From the IMG/VR virus record IMGVR_UViG_3300036794_000032, positions 1 to 48,379 of that record: 48,379 bases of DNA; one strand, written 5' to 3'. Under the pieces are notes generated by a model. It did not search any database. It saw only the letters and a program-made list of their open reading frames with translations, and was not told the DNA's origin. The translations under genes were made by a program, and so were the position numbers. Origin of the DNA: a virus. Taxonomy: Duplodnaviria; Caudoviricetes. Below, piece after piece: positions 29,293-36,874 of this stretch (the stretch's first letter is position 1; each line of letters opens with the position of its first letter).

Positions 29293-29651
29293 GCGGTGCG
29301 CTGCCGTTCCTGGTAGCCCCGAGCGTTCTCGCGGGAGTCCCCTTCAATGCACGCACCGCAGGGTGTTTCGTTGTGCCGCAGGTGGTAGTCGTAGCCGCGG
29401 CGGGTGCCGTGCGGAGGACGGTCGGGTTGCTTGCGCGCGGGTTTCATGTCGCGGCGTTCCTGCTCGGTCTTGCCACCCCACACGCCGTCGTTTTCGGGTC
29501 GGGTGAGCGCGTGTTGCAGGCACTCGGATTTCACGGTGCAGCGGCCGCAGATCAGCAGGGCGCGTGCAGCGTTCGCGGTTCCGCGGGTTTCCGGGAAGAA
29601 CACTGAGCTGTCGGCGCCGCTGCAGGCAGCGCGGTCGGCCCAGGAGTTCAC
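29289..29651 (-). CDS. whiB: WhiB-family transcriptional regulator with C-terminal Zn-binding extension
   Basis: W..RAAC..FFP...C..C.V...CL..AL...GVWGG, then HGT..GY..H...C..C. Confidence 0.9.
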   Translation of the reverse strand: MNSWADRAACSGADSSVFFPETRGTANAARALLICGRCTVKSECLQHALTRPENDGVWGGKTEQERRDMKPARKQPDRPPHGTRRGYDYHLRHNETPCGACIEGDSRENARGYQERQRTA

Positions 29652-29911
29652 GCCAGTTGTCCCATCGCGAGGCCGATCAGGTCGGGACATTGGGTGCGAA
29701 TGACGGTTCCGGCGTAGGCGCCGGCTGCGGTGGCACCCATCCCGGTTGATTCGAGGGCGGATTCGATGTTGCCGAGGCTGATGCCGTCGCGGAGCGCGCC
29801 GCAGATGTTGACCGGGTCGGCGTGTGTGCCTGCGTGCGCAACGAGGGGGAACCACGCTGAGGATGTGACAACCGCTGCGGCCGCTGCGGCCCAGAACAGT
29901 TCGCGCATCAT
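29648..29911 (-). CDS. Small secreted protein (DUF732-like)
   Basis: Signal peptide ending AHA; IC..L..G and CP motifs. Confidence 0.65.
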   Translation of the reverse strand: MMRELFWAAAAAAVVTSSAWFPLVAHAGTHADPVNICGALRDGISLGNIESALESTGMGATAAGAYAGTVIRTQCPDLIGLAMGQLA

Positions 29912-30246
29912 GATGCGTCCTCGTCGAGGTAGGCGAAGGGAGGCTTACCGGCGCGTAGCCGGTCTAAGACGGCAAGGTGCCCACGCATGGCTTCTTCTTC
30001 GGTCACGTAACGCTGGAGGTCTTGGTTGTGGGTTCCTCCGAAGACCATCGTTTCGAAGATGAGGGGGCCGCGGCCGGGCGGAAATGCGTGGTCGATGCCC
30101 TGCAGCCATACCGTAGATACCCATACGTCCTCGACTTGTGTTGCCGCGACTCGCTTTTCGGTGGCTCCGGAGCGCTGGTGTTCGGGGTGGTTCCACCAGT
30201 CGTTGGGGATTGGTTCGCCGTCCCGGTTGTAGGTGTCGCCGATCAT
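29908..30246 (-). CDS. Hypothetical protein
   Basis: VSTVWL.IDH...PLIFETMVFGG...RY.TEEEA..GH, a recurrent phage motif. Confidence 0.72.
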   Translation of the reverse strand: MIGDTYNRDGEPIPNDWWNHPEHQRSGATEKRVAATQVEDVWVSTVWLQGIDHAFPPGRGPLIFETMVFGGTHNQDLQRYVTEEEAMRGHLAVLDRLRAGKPPFAYLDEDAS

Positions 30247-30512
30247 GGGATCACCAAGCCGCAGATGATCGGCGCCGGCCAGTCCGCCATGAGCTTGTCG
30301 ATCGACGTCAGCGAAACGACTGGCTTCGGGAGTGTGCCGAGTAGTGCGCGTTCGGCGACGATCGAATCCCAGACGGTCATGCTGTTCACCTGCTGGTGCA
30401 GCCATTTGAGGGCGCCGAGCTGCACCGCGTCGCGGACGGTGTCGCGGGCATCGGTGGGGCTCCAGATGCGTTGGAGTTTGGGTGTTGGGCGGTATTCTGG
30501 TGGTGCTGACAT
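30243..30512 (-). CDS. Hypothetical protein
   Basis: ATG at 30512 with RBS AGGAAGG. Confidence 0.55.
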   Translation of the reverse strand: MSAPPEYRPTPKLQRIWSPTDARDTVRDAVQLGALKWLHQQVNSMTVWDSIVAERALLGTLPKPVVSLTSIDKLMADWPAPIICGLVIP

Positions 30513-30573
30513 CGGGAAATAGCCTTCCTGTGTTGGTCGCCGTCGCCCGTTACCCGCGGGCGGCGGCATTCTT

Positions 30574-31050
30574 TTACTGGGTTGAAAATGGGGGGTGCCC
30601 CGCGCCGCCGGCTTCGGGGGAAAGCAGCGGCGCGGGGCACGTCTCCTGCACAACCGCTGGGGGCTGAACGGCAGCGGGAGACGGGAGGGGAAAGCGTTCT
30701 TCGATGAGCTGCCGAACCGCGACGAGCTCGGAACCTGTCAGCTCCGGTTCACCCCATCGATCGCCGTCGATCCGGGCCTTCAGCTTGTAAAGCTCATCAA
30801 GGGAATAGGCAGCAGCAGAAGTGGGAAGAACGTGCTCGCCGGGGTGCCGACAAACAGGTATCGAGTCACCGAGTCCGCAGTCCTGCGCGCCGCCTTGTAA
30901 GTACTTCTCGGCGGTGGCTTCGTCGAAATCGTCTGGCTGCGTCGGCGTTTCAGGTGGGCCGTAAACCAGTTCGACGAGCGCCTCGCAGGCGATGCCAGCC
31001 AACTTCCCGGCGACAGCAGCAGCATTCAGTGCGAGCTGGTCGACCCTCAT
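30574..31050 (-). CDS. Hypothetical protein
   Basis: ATGA-coupled start at 31050; a 14-bp stem (30595-30640) lies in its 3' end. Confidence 0.55.
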   Translation of the reverse strand: MRVDQLALNAAAVAGKLAGIACEALVELVYGPPETPTQPDDFDEATAEKYLQGGAQDCGLGDSIPVCRHPGEHVLPTSAAAYSLDELYKLKARIDGDRWGEPELTGSELVAVRQLIEERFPLPSPAAVQPPAVVQETCPAPLLSPEAGGAGHPPFSTQ

Positions 31051-31214
31051 ATTTGGCTCCCGTCGCGGCGGCGGGACTCGGCCAGCAGCGCGCGGGCTTG
31101 TTCGGCGGGGATTCCGCCGCGTGAGCACTCGGTGCAGACCGTGATACGGCTGGTGGCGCGGACTAGGAATGGTTTGTTGCATCGGTCGCAGATCGCGCCG
31201 TCGAGGCGCTTCAT
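31047..31214 (-). CDS. Small CxxC-CxxC protein
   Basis: MKRLDGAICDRC...VCTEC; ATGA coupling. Confidence 0.55.
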   Translation of the reverse strand: MKRLDGAICDRCNKPFLVRATSRITVCTECSRGGIPAEQARALLAESRRRDGSQI

Positions 31215-31303
31215 TTTGAGGTCCACCAGAGCCAGTGCCAGGCGACGCAGCACGCCAAGCCGGCGAGCGTTGCCCCAGCGGCCAAGAGCGTGTCGCCGAT
31301 CAT
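31211..31303 (-). CDS. 30-aa hydrophobic/membrane peptide
   Basis: MIGDTLLAAGATLAGLACCVAWHWLWWTSK; ATGA overlaps at both ends. Confidence 0.5.
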   Translation of the reverse strand: MIGDTLLAAGATLAGLACCVAWHWLWWTSK

Positions 31304-31650
31304 GGCGCGTCGCCTTGTGCGCGGCCCGGGCTGGCTTCCTCCCCAGCCCGGGCCGGTTCTCCTACGCTTCGGGTGTCAGCAACCAGCGAAGGAGAAGCAT
31401 CATGGGTGAAAATCTCGACAAGTACTTGGCTCTTGAGTTCCCCGACAGCAGACCGATGTCCAAAGCTGTCCAAGAGGCCGCTCGCCACTACACCGAACTG
31501 CCCCCCGACGAGTACCGAGCGGTGATGATGTCTCTGTACGGCGGGGCGATCATCGAGTTCGAAGAGCGTTTCGAGAAGTTGGAGAGCCGGGTCGCTGAGT
31601 TGGAAGGATTCCGCAAGTCCTAACGCGGCGTCTTTGGTGAGCCCGCTCAT
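31300..31650 (-). CDS. Hypothetical ORF bridging the early operon (antisense to 31402-31623)
   Basis: ATGA overlap with both neighbours; the protein sequence itself is unconvincing. Confidence 0.4.
   Translation of the reverse strand: MSGLTKDAALGLAESFQLSDPALQLLETLFELDDRPAVQRHHHRSVLVGGQFGVVASGLLDSFGHRSAVGELKSQVLVEIFTHDASPSLVADTRSVGEPARAGEEASPGRAQGDAP
31402..31623 (+). CDS. 73-aa hypothetical protein with C-terminal coiled coil
   Basis: Strong RBS GAAGGAG, ATG at 31402, upstream TACGCT, protein-like composition. Confidence 0.7.
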   Translation: MGENLDKYLALEFPDSRPMSKAVQEAARHYTELPPDEYRAVMMSLYGGAIIEFEERFEKLESRVAELEGFRKS

Positions 31651-31868
31651 GCGCGGGCCTGGCAGTCGGTGTGCTCAGCACGCCAGTCTTCGATAGCCAT
31701 CCAGTCTGCGGCGCTGAGTCGGCCGCCGATCTGCAGGAGCGCACCGCACGGGCAGGATTCGTAGTGGCCGTCGCGGGCCCGGTCGGCGGCGTCGAGGACC
31801 GCGGTGACACCGGCGCGGCCGCGGCCGGCGGCCATTATCTCGTCAAGACCACGCATCGCCGCGCTCAC
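31647..31868 (-). CDS. Hypothetical protein
   Basis: 73 aa, coupled to cro; CPCG...W..EH..C. Confidence 0.6.
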   Translation of the reverse strand: MSAAMRGLDEIMAAGRGRAGVTAVLDAADRARDGHYESCPCGALLQIGGRLSAADWMAIEDWRAEHTDCQARA

Positions 31869-32110
31869 GCCGCCTGCTCCGGCAATAAGTCGGTCAGTGC
31901 GACGGCTAGAACTTGCGAGATCTTGTTCAGCTCGGCGATGTCGAACGAGACACGGCCGCCGAGTCGCTGTGAGACGGACTGCTGCGTGATGCCGAGCTGT
32001 TTAGCGAGCCATCCCTGCGTGCGTTGGCGACGGGCAAGCTCCGCGCGCACGTTGGCGCCCACAAGCTGATCGATCGAAGTTTCGGATTCAGCATCTAACT
32101 TGCTGGACAT
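31865..32110 (-). CDS. cro: Cro-like HTH protein
   Basis: NVRAELARR..TQ..LA..LGITQQSVSQRL.G; divergent from the repressor and first gene of the early operon. Confidence 0.85.
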   Translation of the reverse strand: MSSKLDAESETSIDQLVGANVRAELARRQRTQGWLAKQLGITQQSVSQRLGGRVSFDIAELNKISQVLAVALTDLLPEQAA

Positions 32111-32245
32111 AAGTCACGTTTCTACAACGTATTCTTGTGACTTTCAAGCTTGAACCCTGCGCGTGTCGTCCGTAGCTACCTGTCTAGCTTGTGAACTTAC
32201 CGTGTTTGACTTGCACTTATCCGCCCAGCGGATAACATACGCAAT
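32111..32245. promoter_or_regulatory. Divergent immunity control region with operator-like palindromes and a leaderless repressor promoter
   Basis: TTATCCGC-CCA-GCGGATAA (32217-32235); TTCAAGCTTGAA (32143-32154); TTGCAC-16-TAACAT ending 7 nt before ATG 32246. Confidence 0.65.
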
Positions 32246-32629
32246 ATGACAACACTCATGATGGTGGACGTGTCGCCTGGGCCTCGTAACGAGGCCATCG
32301 TCCGTCGCCTACGCGAAGAATTCGGGCGGCTGGGTGGGCTATCCGTCTCAGCAGTCGCACGACGAGTCGGAATGACGCAGCAAGCACTATCTCAACGTAT
32401 GTGCCTCGAGGTCGACTTCCGCATTCAAGAATTGGACGATATCTGCGAGACGATCGGCGCGTCGTTCGAATACGTGACGACCGGGATTCGTGCGATACCG
32501 ACGGAGCCGCCACTGCCCCCCAGGCCCCCGGCCGTACCGAGACGGAGCGGACGGACGGCCAGGAAAGTTAGCCAGCTCCCCCGGGTGGACTCGAACCACC
32601 AACCCTCCGGCCAACGGCGCGCAGCATAA
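32246..32629 (+). CDS. Immunity repressor (HTH) containing attP and ending in an ssrA-like -RRAA tail
   Basis: LSVSAVARRVGMTQQALSQRM HTH; the C-terminal LPRVDSNHQP is the translation of an antisense tRNA T-arm. Confidence 0.85.
   Translation: MTTLMMVDVSPGPRNEAIVRRLREEFGRLGGLSVSAVARRVGMTQQALSQRMCLEVDFRIQELDDICETIGASFEYVTTGIRAIPTEPPLPPRPPAVPRRSGRTARKVSQLPRVDSNHQPSGQRRAA
32575..32606 (-). other. attP common core: 3' half of a tRNA, most similar to mycobacterial tRNA-Asn
   Basis: Minus strand AGGGTTGGTGGTTCGAGTCCACCCGGGGGAGC contains a T-arm (GGTGG-TTCGAGT-CCACC) plus an acceptor 3' strand; no 5' half is present. Confidence 0.85.
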
Positions 32630-32748
32630 TGAACAGCGGGTTAACGAATTCCGCGTCCAACATACCGGACAAAGCGTACAGTTCTCGCAGGTTTGCTACG
32701 GCAGCGAGCTACAGCAAAACGGCTCCTGCTGTCAGGGGGGCTTGCGAA

Positions 32749-33623
32749 ATGACTTACGCGCTGCCGATCTCATGGGAACAACCGATTGCGCAATGGATGG
32801 TCTGGCTACGCGCCGGTGGCGCTCGGCCCGAGACAATAAAGGTTCGGCGCGGCCACGTACGGATGATCGCCCGACGGTCGAACACCACGCACCCGAACCA
32901 GCTCACCCCCTCGCAGCTCGTCGGTTTGTGCGGCGGGCAGCGTTGGTCGGCCGAACACCGCCGCGGGGTCCGCTCCTCGCTGCTCAGTTTCTACCGCTGG
33001 GCCTGCGAAAACGAGTTGGTCAACGTCAACCCTGCGCTGTCGTTGCCCAAGGTTTCCCATCCGGCGCCGAGGCCCCGGCCGGGGCCACCGACGAGATTTG
33101 GGAACAGATACTCACCGCCGCGGCGCCGCGCGAAATGTTGATGGCGACGCTGGCCTGTCACGCCGGGATGCGGCGCGCAGAGGTGGCGATCGCCCGCGGT
33201 GATGACCTAATGCGCACCGTCGATGGCTGGTCGATCATTGTCCACGGAAAAGGCGGCCGACAGAGAATAGTCCCAATTTCTGAAACATTGGCTCAGATGA
33301 TTTACGAATGGCGCCCGCGCGGCGGCTATCTGTTTCCTGGACAGATTGATGGTCATTTGTCGCCCGAGCATGTCGGGAAGATCATTTCGCGTCTGATGCC
33401 GCCGGGGTGGTCGATGCACAAATTGCGGCACCGTTACGCGACCCGCGGCTATGCCGGGACGAAGAACCTGCGCGCGGTGCAGGAGGCGCTCGGGCATGCG
33501 AGCGTCGCGACGACGCAGCGGTACACCGCGGTCTCAGAGAACGATGTGCGTCTGGTTTCCGAGGCTGCCAGCGCGAAAATAGTCGTTTTCCCGGTCACAG
33601 CCGTGAACATCAACGCATATTGA
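32749..33623 (+). pseudogene. int: Tyrosine integrase split by a -1 frame shift near 33081-33084 (lesion, programmed shift or sequence error)
   Basis: Core-binding domain is in ORF 32629..33141; catalytic GMRRAE, HGKGG, HKLRH and LGH...TTQRY motifs are in ORF 32490..33623. Joined length about 291 aa. Confidence 0.85.
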
Positions 33624-33633
33624 GAGGTGTGAA

Positions 33634-34404
33634 ATGTTGTCTGGACGATTGACAGTGAGCGACGAAACCGAAGCGGCGAGCACCGCGGAGGCCGGCTCAC
33701 CGGAGACTGAGCAGCTGCCGCCGGTGACTGCGCACGCGCCGCGGCTGGCGTACAGCGACGTAGAAGACGACGACCCGACTGCGCTTTATGCGGGCCAGGA
33801 CGACGCGCCGAAGCTGAGTCGTCGTCACCGCAAGTTGCTTCGGTGGTTGCAGCCGGACGACGAGGTGTGGACGGACGACGATGACTCGGCTTACGCGCGC
33901 GGCACCGTGAAAATGTTCGTTGCGCTGATGGTCGTCACGATCGGTGCGGCGATCTGGTTCGCTGTCGTGTGGACAACGAACCGTCGCGGTGCGGATAACT
34001 CGGCGCCGTCGGTGTCGCCCACCACGTGGCCCTCGGCGGCAGCGCACCCCTCGGCCGCCGGCGCGCCTGACACCAACGATTTCGTCGCGATCGCGATTTC
34101 TGCCGCCGCGGTTTCGACCGAGCACAATTTCGCTGGCTTCGGCATGGGTGGCAGCCAAGAGGAAGCTGATCGGATCGCGCTAAGTGAGTGTCGCACTCTC
34201 GGAAACGACGATTGCCTGCTGGTCAACAGCGGGATTTATCACGGCTGCGTCAGCGTGGCTATCGATCCGTCGACGCATGGATGGGCGTCTGGTTCGGGAT
34301 CGAACGAGAGTGCCGCGAGAGATGATGCGCTTCGGCATCTGACAAGTACGGGTGCGACGGCGACGCGATGCTCGGAGCCGCCCGGGACGGGTCCCACGAC
34401 CTAG
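33634..34404 (+). CDS. Single-pass membrane protein with C-terminal DUF4189-like Cys domain
   Basis: TM segment MFVALMVVTIGAAIWFAVVW; FVAIAIS...A...AL.EC...C...GCVSVA...SG.G...A...AL. Confidence 0.75.
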   Translation: MLSGRLTVSDETEAASTAEAGSPETEQLPPVTAHAPRLAYSDVEDDDPTALYAGQDDAPKLSRRHRKLLRWLQPDDEVWTDDDDSAYARGTVKMFVALMVVTIGAAIWFAVVWTTNRRGADNSAPSVSPTTWPSAAAHPSAAGAPDTNDFVAIAISAAAVSTEHNFAGFGMGGSQEEADRIALSECRTLGNDDCLLVNSGIYHGCVSVAIDPSTHGWASGSGSNESAARDDALRHLTSTGATATRCSEPPGTGPTT

Positions 34405-34979
34405 TTTCCGTTGTTCTCGGGTTGGAATGGGTTTGATGCGCCGGGGTTGGTTTGGTTGGGCAGGATCGGCGCCGGTGCTGGGCCCGGCGGCAGAGGTGCG
34501 CCAGGTGCGACCCGTGACTCCCCGCTCGGCGGCGCATCCAGAGGGGGTGGCGGCTTGATCGGGATCGGTGCCGGCCCGATCGGTTTGCACACTGACGGTT
34601 TCAAGTAGTTCTTCCACGCGCCTGCTGGATTCGGCGGCGCGGACAACGACAGCATCGCGTCCGGGCACGCCCACCAGCACGCGCCCCGTAGCACCCCGAG
34701 CGGCGAAGTGACCGAGGCGTTGAAGAACATGATGCTGACGCCAGCGTTCCCCAAATACATCGCGCCGCCGTAGACGCATTCCCAGTGCGAGCCGTTGACT
34801 TCGGTGGGAAACGCTGAGGCGTAATCGTATTCGCCAAAAGCAGCACCCGACGTGCAGGTACCCGGATATGAGCAGAGGCCAGGGCCTGGGACGGCTCCGT
34901 CGACGTCAGCGCGTGCGGGCGCGGCCAAAATGCAGAGCGCGGCGAGCGGCCACAGCAGTGCGGCTATCCATCGGATCAT
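34401..34979 (-). CDS. Secreted Cys-rich protein with Pro-rich tail
   Basis: Signal peptide ending APARA; last gene of the lysis string. Confidence 0.7.
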   Translation of the reverse strand: MIRWIAALLWPLAALCILAAPARADVDGAVPGPGLCSYPGTCTSGAAFGEYDYASAFPTEVNGSHWECVYGGAMYLGNAGVSIMFFNASVTSPLGVLRGACWWACPDAMLSLSAPPNPAGAWKNYLKPSVCKPIGPAPIPIKPPPPLDAPPSGESRVAPGAPLPPGPAPAPILPNQTNPGASNPFQPENNGN

Positions 34980-35359
34980 GGCGAGTCTTCTTTCCCTACT
35001 ACCCGGATCTCGCGGGCCCGGCGCATGATGACGCGCGCCGCGATACGGGTCTCGTCGGGCAGCATCGGCAAGATTTGGTCGTCAAATTCCTCAAGCAGAA
35101 AATCCAGGCTCCGTTCGGTCGCCTGCTGCCGGATCTCGCATGCCACACAGCGTTGTTGGAGGATGTCGTAGTTGATCTGAAAGTCAGTGCGCCACGATTC
35201 GTGCTTATGGACTGCGGCCTCAGCCCTCGTAGCCGCCGCGAGTGCGCTCTTGCCCTCACCCTCAGTGAAAAGGTCTTTGACGATGTTCGAGAGGCCAAGG
35301 AGGAGCGCGAACAGTCCCGGTGCGGCGGCCCCTACCAGCGCGAGGGTGGGACCGTTCAT
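34976..35359 (-). CDS. Membrane-anchored coiled-coil protein (lysis cassette)
   Basis: N-terminal TM segment followed by helical region; coupled to neighbours. Confidence 0.65.
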   Translation of the reverse strand: MNGPTLALVGAAAPGLFALLLGLSNIVKDLFTEGEGKSALAAATRAEAAVHKHESWRTDFQINYDILQQRCVACEIRQQATERSLDFLLEEFDDQILPMLPDETRIAARVIMRRAREIRVVGKEDSP

Positions 35360-35814
35360 TCGTCGCGTCTCCGCAGAAGGATGCGCAGCGTGTCACGCAG
35401 CACCAAGCACGATGTCGACGTGAGCGACGACGCCGCCAACGGGACTGCGCCATACATGCCACGCCCCCATGACTCGACTTGGAGGGTGGCAAGAATGTAG
35501 GCCAGCAGCGATCCGGCAAACAGCACGTTGCCGAATACCTCAATGCACAGTCCTTCGTAGTTGTACTTGGTGCGTTCCATCCAGATTCCGGTGGCGCCAG
35601 CCGCGGGGCCGATGATGTTGAACCAGTACCACGCCTGGACACTCAGATGCGGCATCGTGCCCATGAGTGTGAGCGGCGGCTGACTGTCCGCGATGGCGAG
35701 GCCATAGAATCCCGCGGCGAAAAACCAGGCGTAGTACATGATCTGGAATCCGGTCACGTCGGCCAGTTTCCGTACCAGCCACTGCATCAGCCGTGTGCGC
35801 TGGTGCTTATCCAT
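35356..35814 (-). CDS. Four-TM membrane protein (lysis cassette)
   Basis: Four hydrophobic segments; follows the holin. Confidence 0.7.
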   Translation of the reverse strand: MDKHQRTRLMQWLVRKLADVTGFQIMYYAWFFAAGFYGLAIADSQPPLTLMGTMPHLSVQAWYWFNIIGPAAGATGIWMERTKYNYEGLCIEVFGNVLFAGSLLAYILATLQVESWGRGMYGAVPLAASSLTSTSCLVLRDTLRILLRRRDE

Positions 35815-36040
35815 CCTTGACGGTGGTCAACAAGGGTGACCCTTTAGCGCCAACCGTCGCAGATGACAGCGACGTGAGGAGCGACAGGAGGCCGCCCGAC
35901 AACGCCATGCCGCCGATGGTTTTCCAGTCCAGGTGCCACGCGTCCAGCACCGAACCGCCCATTGCGGTCACGGTGGCGATCGCGGATCCGCGCACCACTA
36001 GTTCCAAAGTGTTCTTCCAAAACTGAAGGGTGAAGATCAT
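35807..36040 (-). CDS. Holin (r1t-like)
   Basis: MIFTLQFWK...E...R...LDW...G.AL...LLSLLTSL.S...SP.L. Confidence 0.85.
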   Translation of the reverse strand: MIFTLQFWKNTLELVVRGSAIATVTAMGGSVLDAWHLDWKTIGGMALSGGLLSLLTSLSSATVGAKGSPLLTTVKDG

Positions 36041-36055
36041 GGCTGGTGCCCTTTC

Positions 36056-36874
36056 TTATTGCGCTGCTGCAGGTTCCGGTTTCGATGGCCACGCCGGATT
36101 GGGGTACGGAACTTGCTGCGCGGCCGCGGCTTTCTGCTGTTCAGGGGTCGATCCGGGGCGGCTGTAGGCGTCGTCGATCAGTGGCCGTTCCTGCGTGTCC
36201 AGGTCGTCGGCGGTTGAGTCTGCCCATCCGCGTAGAAAATCGTTGATCGGTAACTGCTGCGTGGGGACGAGTACGGCGGTGATGTTGCCCTGCTGGGTGA
36301 CCACGTTCGCGGGGTCTGCGGGGTCGGCGTTGGCGTAGTAGTGCAGGTGTTGGGTGCCGACCGCGGCGTTCACTTCGGCGAGTAGCCAGTTCGGGCTGCT
36401 GGTGTCGGTCGGGGTGTCAGACCAGCCGTCATATTCGTTAGCGACCATCGTCACCGGGTTCGCGATGTCCACTGGGATGCCTTGGCCGGCGGCGACGAGC
36501 TCCTTGTTGCGGGCAAACGTATCTCCGGCCAGTAGCACCTTGACGCCGGGCGGCAGCGTGTGTTGCGACAGAAACAGCGAAACGACTTGCGCGCCAAGGG
36601 AAAATCCCATCAGCGTGTCGCCCGCTTTGAACGGCACCTGTGCGATCGCGTCGGCGCCCTGCTGATTGTGGAACCCGTCAGCCGGATACGGGATCTTCTC
36701 GCACGGGCACATTCGGCCTCCGAACTGATCCTGTGTCACTGTCATGCTGATACCGAAATCACCGTCGAAGTCGAACGGTTCGACGGTGTAGGTGATCGGC
36801 CCGTCGGCGTGCGCCGACGCAGGTGAGAGCATCAGCGCGCCAGCCGCGGCGGCCGCCGCGATCATCGTCCTCAT
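36056..36874 (-). CDS. Secreted PE-PPE-like serine hydrolase
   Basis: Signal peptide ending SAHA; GFSLG elbow, EYDGWSD.P, H..Y and LIDDAYSR motifs. Confidence 0.8.
   Translation of the reverse strand: MRTMIAAAAAAGALMLSPASAHADGPITYTVEPFDFDGDFGISMTVTQDQFGGRMCPCEKIPYPADGFHNQQGADAIAQVPFKAGDTLMGFSLGAQVVSLFLSQHTLPPGVKVLLAGDTFARNKELVAAGQGIPVDIANPVTMVANEYDGWSDTPTDTSSPNWLLAEVNAAVGTQHLHYYANADPADPANVVTQQGNITAVLVPTQQLPINDFLRGWADSTADDLDTQERPLIDDAYSRPGSTPEQQKAAAAQQVPYPNPAWPSKPEPAAAQ

Noticed and set aside
32560-32640. Intact tRNA gene
   Set aside because: Only the T-arm and acceptor 3' strand are present; the anticodon arm is degenerate and there is no D-arm, so it is called attP.
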